NCBI GenBank assembly: GCA_023554445.1
Contig: JAMJQQ010000026.1
Span: 5,549-69,548, forward strand
Reading direction: 5' to 3'
From: Candidatus Carthagonibacter metallireducens
GTDB taxonomy: Bacteria > Gemmatimonadota > Gemmatimonadetes > Palauibacterales > Palauibacteraceae
DNA: 64,000 bases
The position numbers were made by a program, and so were the translations under genes. The notes under the pieces are model-generated. The model saw only the letters and a program-made list of their open reading frames with translations. It ran no database searches and was not told the DNA's origin. Below, in pieces: positions 28,998 to 37,340 of this stretch. Position 1 is the stretch's first letter, and every line of letters begins with the position of its first letter.

Positions 28998-29837
28998 GTG
29001 CACGAGGTGTACGACCAGGCCGCCTCGGACGACATATTCTTTCTCGCCTCAGGGCTCACCTTCAGCCTGCTCCTCGCCGCGATCCCCTTTCTGGCCCTGT
29101 TGCTCGCCGTCGCAGGCTTGATCCTCGCACCTCAGATCGAGGCCCCACGCGGAGTCGTTCTGGACTGGGTCGGATCACTGCTTCCGGTGTCGGAGGCGGT
29201 CGAACAGGAGATCCTCTCGCAGCTCGTCGATGTGGTTGAGATTTCCCGTTCGCTCGGTTTGATCAGCGCCGTTCTGTTCATCTGGTTCTCCACCCGGTTG
29301 TTCGGTGCCCTGCGCACGGTGCTCGATTCGGTTTTCGATCTGCGCGAGGGACCCGGCATCCTCAAGTCGAAGCTGCTCGACGTGAAGCTCGTGGTGCTGG
29401 CCGCCATCCTGCTGACGGCCAACGTCGGGATCACGACCACCTTCCTCACGATGAGTCGTGAGTGGATCGGGCGTCTGCCGGTCGCCAGCGGTTTCTCGGC
29501 GCAGGTTCTGGGCTACGCGACTGCATTCGCGGCGATCTTCCTCATGTTCCTGTTGATATACAAGTTCGTTCCTACCACGAGCCTGCGGTGGCGGACCGCG
29601 GCGATCGCGGCCCTGGTCGCCTCGATCGGGTTTGAGCTGGTAAAGGCCGCCCTCGGCTGGTACCTGGCGGACATCGCCGACTTCAGCAGGTTCTTCTTCG
29701 CGTTCGCGACGCTCATCGTTCTCGTGCTTTCCTTCTACTACACGGCGATCACCTTCGTCCTGGGCGGCGAAGTGGCGAAGGTCTACGGATTCCGTCGGGC
29801 GATGCGACTGCAGCGGGAAGCTTTCGATACGGCCTGA
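28998..29837 (+). CDS. YihY/BrkB family inner-membrane protein
   Basis: FFLASGLTFSLLLAAIPF start of the family core. Six hydrophobic helices. C-terminal YYTAITFVLGGEV. GTG start. Confidence 0.8.
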   Translation: MHEVYDQAASDDIFFLASGLTFSLLLAAIPFLALLLAVAGLILAPQIEAPRGVVLDWVGSLLPVSEAVEQEILSQLVDVVEISRSLGLISAVLFIWFSTRLFGALRTVLDSVFDLREGPGILKSKLLDVKLVVLAAILLTANVGITTTFLTMSREWIGRLPVASGFSAQVLGYATAFAAIFLMFLLIYKFVPTTSLRWRTAAIAALVASIGFELVKAALGWYLADIADFSRFFFAFATLIVLVLSFYYTAITFVLGGEVAKVYGFRRAMRLQREAFDTA

Positions 29838-29856
29838 AGCCAGGGCCGTCACCCGG

Positions 29857-29885
29857 TGGCGAGTCCCGTCCGGTCCGTCTAGATT
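29857..29885 (+). promoter_or_regulatory. Candidate promoter of smpB (TGGCGA-N17-TAGATT)
   Basis: The same CGTCTAGATTG 11-mer at 29876-29886, about 25 nt upstream of GTG 29910. Confidence 0.2.
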
Positions 29886-29909
29886 GGCCGCGTCCCGTCC
29901 GTTCGCAGT

Positions 29910-30395
29910 GTGGCTTCAGGAGACCAGGTGGGAGAGAAGGCCGGGGGAAGAGCGCCCGTCATACGCAATCGCAAGGCCCGCCACGAGTTCGAGATTCTGG
30001 AAGAGCTCGAGGCGGGCCTCGTGCTGGAGGGAGCGGAAGTGAAGTCGCTCCGAGACGGGCGCGCGAACTTCACCGACGCCTTCGCTCGGGTCGAGGACGG
30101 AGAATTGTGGTTGCACAATCTCCACATCAGCCCCTACGAACAGGCGAGCATCGACGTACCCGATCCGCTTCGCCGAAGGAAACTCCTGGTTCACGCGCGT
30201 GAGTTGAATCGCCTCGCCTCGAAGACGGCCGAGCGCGGTCTCACGATCGTTCCGCTCGACATCCATTTCAGCCGGGGTCGGGCCAAGGTCAATCTCGGAC
30301 TCGCGCGCGGGAAGAAGCTGCACGACAAACGTCAGTCCCTGAAGAAGGACGACATGCGGCGGGAGGTCGAACGTGCGCTTCGTGCGAGAGAATGA
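29910..30395 (+). CDS. smpB: SsrA-binding protein
   Basis: NRKARHEFEILEELEAGLVLEGAEVKSLRDGRANFTDAFA...LWLHNLHISPYEQ matches SmpB throughout. GTG start. Confidence 0.93.
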   Translation: MASGDQVGEKAGGRAPVIRNRKARHEFEILEELEAGLVLEGAEVKSLRDGRANFTDAFARVEDGELWLHNLHISPYEQASIDVPDPLRRRKLLVHARELNRLASKTAERGLTIVPLDIHFSRGRAKVNLGLARGKKLHDKRQSLKKDDMRREVERALRARE

Positions 30396-30402
30396 GACGG
30401 GG

Positions 30403-31605
30403 ATGAGAGGTCGTTCATTGCTTCGCCGACCGGTCTGGGGAGCATTGTGCTGCGCGGTGCTGCTGGGACCAGCGCATGGAATCCAGGCCCAGATGGCGAA
30501 CGGCGGAGCGAGCGGAGGCCCGGGTGACGATCGCGGTGGTTCGGCAGTTGGTGGGGAACCGGGCTATCCAGTCTTTCGCTGGAGTGCGGCCCCCGAAGAT
30601 CTCGTTCGAGGACCGTCGCTCACGGCGGGGCGCGGATCGGCGTACGGACCGGGGGGCGACGCGATAGAAGTCAGGGCCGGTGCACCGTTTGCGCGTCTCG
30701 GAGATCGAGTCCTGCCTCTCGCCAACTCGCCCTACCTGTCTGGCGGCGATCTCTGGGTTCCGTCGGAATTCCTGGAGCGGCTCGAGATGGCGCGTCGCGA
30801 GGCGCGTAACGGGCTCATCGTCGAGATTCCTCGGCCCGGTGAAACCGGTGGTGAATCCGTGTCCTCGGCCCAGAAGAACGGTCCGTGGAAGATCACGATC
30901 GATCCTGGACACGGGGGACACGATCCGGGAACCGTGAACCGGAGGACCGGGGCGCGGGAAAAGGACATCGTGCTGGCGGTGGGCCGGAAGCTGGCCGAGG
31001 AGTTACGCAGAAGACCGGGATTCGAGGTCGAACTCACACGCGATGATGATCGGTTCATTCCGCTCAAAGAGCGGCCGAAGCGGGCCAGGACGAGTGGATC
31101 GGATCTCTTCGTCTCGATCCACGTGAATGCCGAGCCCAACGGCGGAACACGCGCGAACGGCTTCGAGACCTACTTCCTCAGCCCTGCGCGGACGGACGAG
31201 TCGTCCCGTGTCGCGCGCCTCGAGAACAGTGTGCTCGAACTGGAAGGTGAGACGCTCGACTTCGAGGGAGAGGCGCCGATAGACAAGATCGTCTCCATGA
31301 TCGTGCTCGACGGGAACCGCGATGTCTCGCAGGATTTCGGAGAAGTCGTCCAGACTGGCTTGAACCGGGTCGCGGTCGGCAAGGACCGCGGGACCAAGCC
31401 CGGACCCTTCTGGGTACTGGTGGGAGCGACCGGTCACATGCCGGCGGTTCTGGTCGAGCTCGGCTTCATCACCAACCCGAACGACGTGAAGAAGCTGACT
31501 GATGATGCGTATCAGGCGCGGCTCGCCGTGGCGCTGGCCGATTCGATCGAGGAGTATCGGGACAGGTACGTACGATCGCAGATGCGGAGGAGTGGAGGCG
31601 GTTGA
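30403..31605 (+). CDS. N-acetylmuramoyl-L-alanine amidase (Amidase_3, AmiC-type with N-terminal targeting domain)
   Basis: ITIDPGHGGHDPG, DLFVSIHVNA, GFETYF and VLVELGFITN. An alternative start at 30373 would overlap smpB. Confidence 0.85.
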   Translation: MRGRSLLRRPVWGALCCAVLLGPAHGIQAQMANGGASGGPGDDRGGSAVGGEPGYPVFRWSAAPEDLVRGPSLTAGRGSAYGPGGDAIEVRAGAPFARLGDRVLPLANSPYLSGGDLWVPSEFLERLEMARREARNGLIVEIPRPGETGGESVSSAQKNGPWKITIDPGHGGHDPGTVNRRTGAREKDIVLAVGRKLAEELRRRPGFEVELTRDDDRFIPLKERPKRARTSGSDLFVSIHVNAEPNGGTRANGFETYFLSPARTDESSRVARLENSVLELEGETLDFEGEAPIDKIVSMIVLDGNRDVSQDFGEVVQTGLNRVAVGKDRGTKPGPFWVLVGATGHMPAVLVELGFITNPNDVKKLTDDAYQARLAVALADSIEEYRDRYVRSQMRRSGGG

Positions 31606-33137
31606 AGCGGAGTGGTCTGGAAGCGGGACTGCTGGCGACGGTGCTGAGCGTCGCGACGGCCGGCTGTGTTTACTTCAATGCGATGTACGATGCCGGGCAG
31701 GCGTACGACGCCGGCATGACGGCGCTGCAGGAGGAGCAGGACCAGCTCGCCAGGCAACAATTCGATAGCGTCATCGCGAAAGCAGGGCGAATCGTCGGCA
31801 ACCACCCGGGCAGCAAGTATGCCGACGATGCGGCGTTCCTGAAGACTCGCGCGGAACTGCACAACAAGCTCTGGGAGTCGGCCTTCACCTCGGCCGACTA
31901 TGCTCGGCAACTCTCGAAGCGGTCTCGTGATTCAGCACTCGCGGCAGGTCTGAAGGGGATCGCGGCCGTTCAACTCGAGCGTCTGCTGCTGGGAGACTCA
32001 CTTCTCAGTTCGGCCCTCGCGGCCGATCTGGCTGCGGACGACCGGGCAACCATCCTCTTTCACAGGGGACTGGCCCGGCTCCAGCTCGACCGGCCCGCCG
32101 AGGCGGCGGAGGATCTCGAAGACGCGGCCAGGCAGATCGACCTCACCCGGGAAGCCCGGCTCGAACTGGCTCGCGCTCTGCTACAGATCGGCGACTACGA
32201 ACGGTCCGTCGCTGTGACCGCGGAGCTGCTGCGCATGGACGAGTTCGGCCAGCTCTCCGAAGCGGGTCTGGCTCACGTGGACACGCTGGCCCACCTGGCT
32301 CCCGAGAGCCTCGATGCCAGCCTGGAGGAGCTGCTGCAGGAGGAGGGGATGCGCCCCGCCCGACGCTCACTTCTCCAGTTGCTGCGCGGACGGGCCCTCG
32401 AGGATCTCGCGGACTACGCGGCGGCGCTCGCCGTCCTCGACAGCTCGGCCAGCGCAGGGGCAACGAGCCGATGGGCGCCGCAGGCCAGTCTTCTGGCCTC
32501 GCAAATCCGTTTGCGCACCGCCACGGATCCCGACCAGGTCTCCGGGACCGTTCCGGATCTCGAACGCGCCACGCGGGCAGGAGACCTGGCAACCCGGGAG
32601 ACAGCCATCCCCCTCGCGTCTTCGGCTGCTCGATTCCGGGATTACACGCAGGCGTGGCGGGATCGCGGTGCATCGGCGGCAGAGGCCGCTCTCCGCGGGG
32701 CGGAATTGGCCGGGACCGAGCTGGGGTCACCGGCAGTTGCCCGCGGACTCTACCTCAAGTACCTGGAGCTGGCGCCGGATTCGCCCTGGACGGCAAAGGC
32801 GATCTATGGAGCGCTGGCCTACGCAGACTACCGACCGGGCAACTGGGTGAGGGACGAAGGAGATGTCACCGACGCCCGGCTGGTCGCGCGACTCGATGCT
32901 TTGCCCCAGGGTGATCCGTACCGGCAGGCGATCACGGGCACGGCGAGTGACTCCTGGGCCGACTCTGCATTCGTTCTGGCCGAGGCGGATCTCGAAGACC
33001 GAATCACGGAGATCCGAATGCTGTTCGACACGACCGTCGTGCGCGTGCGCCGTGATTCACTGCCTGACGAGGCTCCGGTCCCCGCCGCGGACTCGGTCGC
33101 CGCGGACGAGCCGGCCGAGCGAGAGGTCGAATTCTGA
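31602..33137 (+). CDS. TPR-like outer-membrane/periplasmic lipoprotein (hypothetical)
   Basis: Lipobox SVATAGC, then Ala/Leu-rich helical repeats. TTGA overlap with the amidase stop. Confidence 0.5.
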   Translation: MKRSGLEAGLLATVLSVATAGCVYFNAMYDAGQAYDAGMTALQEEQDQLARQQFDSVIAKAGRIVGNHPGSKYADDAAFLKTRAELHNKLWESAFTSADYARQLSKRSRDSALAAGLKGIAAVQLERLLLGDSLLSSALAADLAADDRATILFHRGLARLQLDRPAEAAEDLEDAARQIDLTREARLELARALLQIGDYERSVAVTAELLRMDEFGQLSEAGLAHVDTLAHLAPESLDASLEELLQEEGMRPARRSLLQLLRGRALEDLADYAAALAVLDSSASAGATSRWAPQASLLASQIRLRTATDPDQVSGTVPDLERATRAGDLATRETAIPLASSAARFRDYTQAWRDRGASAAEAALRGAELAGTELGSPAVARGLYLKYLELAPDSPWTAKAIYGALAYADYRPGNWVRDEGDVTDARLVARLDALPQGDPYRQAITGTASDSWADSAFVLAEADLEDRITEIRMLFDTTVVRVRRDSLPDEAPVPAADSVAADEPAEREVEF

Positions 33138-33916
33138 TGAACGCGCCGATCAGGGACTGGGCGGAGGTCCGAGAGATCCGCCGTGCCGCCGACGAAACCT
33201 GGTGGGTGGAGCTCGATTCTCCCGCCATCGCTGGACGGGCGAGACCGGGTCAATTCGTCATGGTGGGCCTCGGCGTCGAACAGGTAGCGGCTCCATTCCT
33301 CCCGCGTCCGTTCAGCGTGGGCCTCGCAGGCCCGGACCGGACGGTCGGGCTCCTGCTGCGCGAATTCGGTGCGGGTACCCGCCGCCTCGCTCGGCTGCGG
33401 GACGGAGACCGTGTACTGTTGCTGGGGCCGCTCGGGCAGGCGTTTTCGGTATCGTCGGATCGCCCCGTCGTGTGCATCGCCGGCGGCGTAGGGCTCGCGC
33501 CGTTCCTCTTTCTCGCAGCCGAGCAGCGGAAACTCGGACGGCAGGTCAGGCTGCTGTACGGGGAACGGACCGCTGACCGGGTCTTCTCTTCGGAATTGAT
33601 CGAGGAGCTGACGGGCGTGGCGCCGATCATCTACACGGAAGACGGATCGGCGGGCCACCAGGGCCTGGTGCTCGCGGGCATTCGCCCCGAGGAGGAGCCC
33701 GCCCTGCTCGCCTGCGGTCCTACGCCCATGCTCCAGGCCGTCGCCCGGCTGGCGATCGAGCATGGCTTACCGCTGCAGGTCTCCGTCGAAGAGCACATGG
33801 GGTGCGGAATCGGCACCTGTCAGGGCTGCGTGGTACGCAGCGCGAGTGGAGAGTGGATCAAGTCCTGCACCGAGGGCCCGGTGTTCGATGCCCGGGAGCT
33901 GTCATGGCCGACCTGA
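33137..33916 (+). CDS. pyrK: Dihydroorotate dehydrogenase B electron-transfer subunit
   Basis: FAD/NAD ferredoxin-reductase fold plus the C-terminal 2Fe-2S motif MGCGIGTCQGCVV. Confidence 0.9.
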   Translation: MNAPIRDWAEVREIRRAADETWWVELDSPAIAGRARPGQFVMVGLGVEQVAAPFLPRPFSVGLAGPDRTVGLLLREFGAGTRRLARLRDGDRVLLLGPLGQAFSVSSDRPVVCIAGGVGLAPFLFLAAEQRKLGRQVRLLYGERTADRVFSSELIEELTGVAPIIYTEDGSAGHQGLVLAGIRPEEEPALLACGPTPMLQAVARLAIEHGLPLQVSVEEHMGCGIGTCQGCVVRSASGEWIKSCTEGPVFDARELSWPT

Positions 33917-34827
33917 CGCAGCGACTGTTCGGGACGCAATGGCAGAGCCCGGTGCTTCTGGCATCGGGCACGTGCGGCTACGGGGAGGAATACGCCGAGC
34001 TGATACCTCTGGACGAGATCGGGGGAATCGTCACGAAGGCCGTCAGCCTCGAGCCGAGATCCGGGAACCCGCCGCACCGGGTGTCCGAGACGCCGGGCGG
34101 CATGATCAACGCGATCGGCCTGCAGAATGTCGGCCTCGCTGCCTTCATTCGCGAGAAGCTCCCCTGGCTGCGCGACAACCTGGTTCGCGCCCGCGTTCTG
34201 ATCAATGTAGTTGGCCACACCGAGGACGAATTCGAGGCAGTCGTCGCCGGACTGGACGGAGAGGACGGCTTTCTCGGCTTCGAGATCAACGTTTCCTGCC
34301 CCAACGTGAAGGATGGCACGCTGTTCGGGACGGACCCGGCGGGTCTGGCCGGTCTTGTCGCCACCCTCAGGCGCGCCACGGCCCGACCACTCGTCGTGAA
34401 GCTGACGCCGAACGTGCCCGACATCGGGCTCTATGCGCGCATCTGCGAGGAGAACGGGGCGGACGGACTCAGCACGATCAACACCTTCCCCGGCATGTTG
34501 ATCGACGTCGGGAAACGTCGCCCCGTGATCGGAAATGTATCCGGCGGTGTCAGCGGGCCGGCGATACTCCCGATGGGCGTATACCTCACCTGGCGGGCCC
34601 GTCAGTCGAGCAGCCTGCCGATCCTGGGCATCGGAGGAATTCGCTCGTCGGATGACGCCCTGCAGTACATACTCGCAGGAGCGAGTCTGGTACAGATCGG
34701 GACTGCACTCTTCGTCGATCCCGAGGTCGCGGTGGCAGTACATCGAGGCGTCGAGGCGTACTGCACAGAATCAGAGACCCCGCTGCGGGAGCTCGTCGGT
34801 GGCGTTCAGATTCCCGACCGGGACTGA
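33904..34827 (+). CDS. pyrD: Dihydroorotate dehydrogenase B catalytic subunit (class 1B)
   Basis: SPVLLASGTCGYG, NAIGLQN, EINVSCPNV, KLTPNV and GGVSGPAI motifs. Overlaps the pyrK 3' end. Confidence 0.92.
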   Translation: MADLTQRLFGTQWQSPVLLASGTCGYGEEYAELIPLDEIGGIVTKAVSLEPRSGNPPHRVSETPGGMINAIGLQNVGLAAFIREKLPWLRDNLVRARVLINVVGHTEDEFEAVVAGLDGEDGFLGFEINVSCPNVKDGTLFGTDPAGLAGLVATLRRATARPLVVKLTPNVPDIGLYARICEENGADGLSTINTFPGMLIDVGKRRPVIGNVSGGVSGPAILPMGVYLTWRARQSSSLPILGIGGIRSSDDALQYILAGASLVQIGTALFVDPEVAVAVHRGVEAYCTESETPLRELVGGVQIPDRD

Positions 34828-34834
34828 GGAGGAG

Positions 34835-35569
34835 ATGGTGGCCGGCAGACCCGAAGTGATCGTGGCGCTGGACTATCCCGATTTCGAGTCGGCGTGGGCG
34901 CTCGTGGAGCAACTACCCGCAGACACCTGGTACAAGGTTGGCCTGGAGCTGTTCACGCGAGCCGGTCCCCCGGTCGTCGAGCGCCTGGCGGGAGAGGGCC
35001 GCAATGTATTCCTCGACCTCAAGCTGCACGACATACCGAATACGGTGGCCGGAGCGGTCCGGTCCGCATCGCGGCTCGGCGCTCGCCTGTTGACGGTGCA
35101 CGCGGCCGGAGGCGAGGCGATGCTCAGGGCGGCGGCCGACGCTGCCGTGGAGGCGGCTGCTGCGGGGAATGGCTCGGGAGCTCAGGCGCACAGCAGGCTC
35201 CGCCTGCTCGCGATTACCGTACTTACTTCTCTGGACGATGCTTCGCTGCCGGCGGTGTTCGGCCGCGGGGCCACGGTGGAGGAGACCGCCGGCCGGTTGG
35301 CAGGGCTCGCTCGTGAGAGCGGAATCGACGGAGCCGTGTCCTCCGTCAGAGAATGCCGGGCCATAAAGCTCGCCTGTGGTGAGGAGTTCATGGTCGTGAC
35401 ACCCGGGATCCGGCTCGCCGGCCAGGACGCACAGGACCAGGCCCGCGTCGCTACACCCGCCGTGGCTTCGGCGGCAGGGGCCGACTACCTCGTGGTGGGC
35501 CGGACGATCACGAAGTCGGAGGATCCACGCACCGCCCTCGAGACGGTCCGCGCGGCTATCGATTCCTGA
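34835..35569 (+). CDS. pyrF: Orotidine 5'-phosphate decarboxylase
   Basis: VIVALDYPD, FLDLKLHDIPNT, TPGIR and DYLVVGRTI motifs. ATG follows GGAGGAG. Confidence 0.9.
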   Translation: MVAGRPEVIVALDYPDFESAWALVEQLPADTWYKVGLELFTRAGPPVVERLAGEGRNVFLDLKLHDIPNTVAGAVRSASRLGARLLTVHAAGGEAMLRAAADAAVEAAAAGNGSGAQAHSRLRLLAITVLTSLDDASLPAVFGRGATVEETAGRLAGLARESGIDGAVSSVRECRAIKLACGEEFMVVTPGIRLAGQDAQDQARVATPAVASAAGADYLVVGRTITKSEDPRTALETVRAAIDS

Positions 35570-35591
35570 CCCTGGACGGTCCGCCTCGCGG

Positions 35592-36314
35592 TCAGATGTC
35601 TGCCGGCGAGAGCACGACAGGCCCGGTCTCGTTCCGCAGTCCGAGGTACTTCCGATATCGCGCCGAGTGCACGGACCGCTCTCGGACCGCTTCGTCGTAT
35701 CTTCCGGCAAGACCGAGAAGCAGCTCGGCCGATTCGCGCACGGCATGCTGGCCGCCCTCACGGCCGGTCGTGTAGTCGAACCTCTGCTCGCGCTCGGCCC
35801 AGCTGCGCAGCAGGGGCGTGGCGCCGTTGCGGATGAGAACTCGCAGTCCGCAGGCGTCGGCGACGCCGAGGTCGAGCACATCGTCGAACAGGAAGCAGAT
35901 CTGCTCCGGTCGGATCCCGAACCGGCTCTCCAGGTCCCGCAGGGCATGCAGCTTGTCGAGGAAACCCCGGTACACGACGTGAAAACGTTCGCGCTCGGCC
36001 AGTGCCACCGCAGCCGGATTATCCTGACCCGTCAGGACGCCGACGAATGGGAGGCGACCGTCTCTCAGCCACCAGCCGAAGCGGAGGAGGTTGGTTCCCA
36101 TGGCGTCCGACTCGGAGAAGCCGCTGGGAGTGCCGGTTCCCTTGATCCCCTCGTTGAAAACTCCGTCCCAGTCGAACAGGAATCCCTTGACCCCGGCCAG
36201 GCGGGCCCGGAGGTCTCCGGGGGAGGTGCGGAACTCGCCCCCCACGGCGCGGAAAGGAGCGAGAAGCCGATCGTCCGGCTCCTGAAAGACCGGGTGCGAA
36301 TCTCCCCGCGGCAT
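35592..36314 (-). CDS. HAD-IIIA phosphatase of the KdsC family (candidate Kdo-8-phosphate phosphatase), with about 40 aa of N-terminal extension
   Basis: Aligns along its length with E. coli KdsC: FLFDWDGVFNEG vs CDVDGVLSDG; GVLTGQ vs AIITGR; FLFDDVLDLGV vs YVGDDLIDWPV; GGQHAVRESAELLLGLAG vs GGRGAVREVCDLLLLAQG. Confidence 0.75.
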   Translation of the reverse strand: MPRGDSHPVFQEPDDRLLAPFRAVGGEFRTSPGDLRARLAGVKGFLFDWDGVFNEGIKGTGTPSGFSESDAMGTNLLRFGWWLRDGRLPFVGVLTGQDNPAAVALAERERFHVVYRGFLDKLHALRDLESRFGIRPEQICFLFDDVLDLGVADACGLRVLIRNGATPLLRSWAEREQRFDYTTGREGGQHAVRESAELLLGLAGRYDEAVRERSVHSARYRKYLGLRNETGPVVLSPADI

Positions 36315-37318
36315 CAGAGATCCTGGATGTCCAGCATGCCTACCGGACGACCCCGGTCGGTTACCAGCAGATTGTCCACCTTGTGTCGGTGGAACAGCTC
36401 ATCGGCCTCGTTGAGCCGGACCCCTCTCTCGATCGATATCGGAGTCCCGTACGGCAGATCGCTCATCCGTCGATCGAGCACGTCACGGCCGTTGGCCTGG
36501 AGCAGACGTCGCAGATCTCCATCCGTGAACACACCCACCAGATTGCCTTCGCCGTCCACCACGGTTACGCAGCCGAATCCGTACTCGGTCATGCTCACGA
36601 TCGCGTCGCGAAGCTCGGTGTCTGCCAGGACGGTCGGATTGACGCTGCTCATGACATCGCCGACGGTACGCGTGATCATCCGGGTGTGAACCCGGAATTG
36701 ATCGGTGCCGACCGAAGTGAACACGTTCTCTGTGAGGCGCGCGAGGATCGGAAAAGGCACCGTGATCGTGTGCGCGCCCAGCTGAAGTGCGTTGCGCACG
36801 TGCTCCACGTGGCGGACGGACGAGAACATGACGCGCGTTTCGTATCCGTAGCGTTCCACGGCATCTACCGCGTCCGCGACCAGAGCCAGAGCATCCTGTC
36901 CCTGATCCTGAAGCCGGCCCACGAGGGGGCATACGTAGGCGGCCCCTGCGTGCATGGCCATGTATGCCTGTTGCAGGGTGTAGACGAGGTGAACGTTGAC
37001 CATCAGCCCTTCGTCCGTCAGCCGGCGGCATGCCTTGATACCTTCCAGAGACACGGGAATCTTGAACACCGTACGCCCCGGCTCCAACCCGAGCTCCAGC
37101 TGGCGGATCGCTTCGGACCGGATCTCGTCGGCCGTATCCCCGAGCGCCTCGACCTGCAGCACAGGTACGATTCGAGCGAGATCGAGAAGGTAGGCGTCCA
37201 CGTCCTCGATGCCGTGCCGATGCATGAAGGTCGGTGTCGTGGTCAGACCATCGAGTATCCCGAGTCCGAAGGCTTCCTCGATCTCCCGTCGATCCGCACT
37301 GTCAAGGTACAGCTCCAT
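36314..37318 (-). CDS. Chimeric protein: transaldolase/fructose-6-phosphate-aldolase (TalC/FSA) family barrel fused to a KdsD-type CBS pair
   Basis: N-terminal MELYLDSAD, GLTTTPT, Schiff-base Lys in TVFKIPVS, and AYVCPLVGR. The C-terminal CBS pair carries GVFTDGDLRRLL and VGMLDIQDL. Confidence 0.8.
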   Translation of the reverse strand: MELYLDSADRREIEEAFGLGILDGLTTTPTFMHRHGIEDVDAYLLDLARIVPVLQVEALGDTADEIRSEAIRQLELGLEPGRTVFKIPVSLEGIKACRRLTDEGLMVNVHLVYTLQQAYMAMHAGAAYVCPLVGRLQDQGQDALALVADAVDAVERYGYETRVMFSSVRHVEHVRNALQLGAHTITVPFPILARLTENVFTSVGTDQFRVHTRMITRTVGDVMSSVNPTVLADTELRDAIVSMTEYGFGCVTVVDGEGNLVGVFTDGDLRRLLQANGRDVLDRRMSDLPYGTPISIERGVRLNEADELFHRHKVDNLLVTDRGRPVGMLDIQDL

Positions 37319-37340
37319 GTCGACTCTCTCTTCCGTTCTC

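Noticed and set aside
28908-29000. The yihY reading frame continues in-frame from the ytxH TGA stop with no further stop (possible read-through fusion or selenocysteine)
   Set aside because: Only 29 codons are involved, and an open stretch of that length is expected by chance in GC-rich DNA. There is no SECIS-like hairpin, and the two families are unrelated. A GTG start at 28998 fits the YihY N-terminus.
29838-29909. Expectation of a tmRNA (ssrA) gene next to smpB
   Set aside because: The flanking gaps are only about 70 nt. No GGGGCTGA...TCCACCA-type tRNA-like ends are visible anywhere in the window, so ssrA must be elsewhere.
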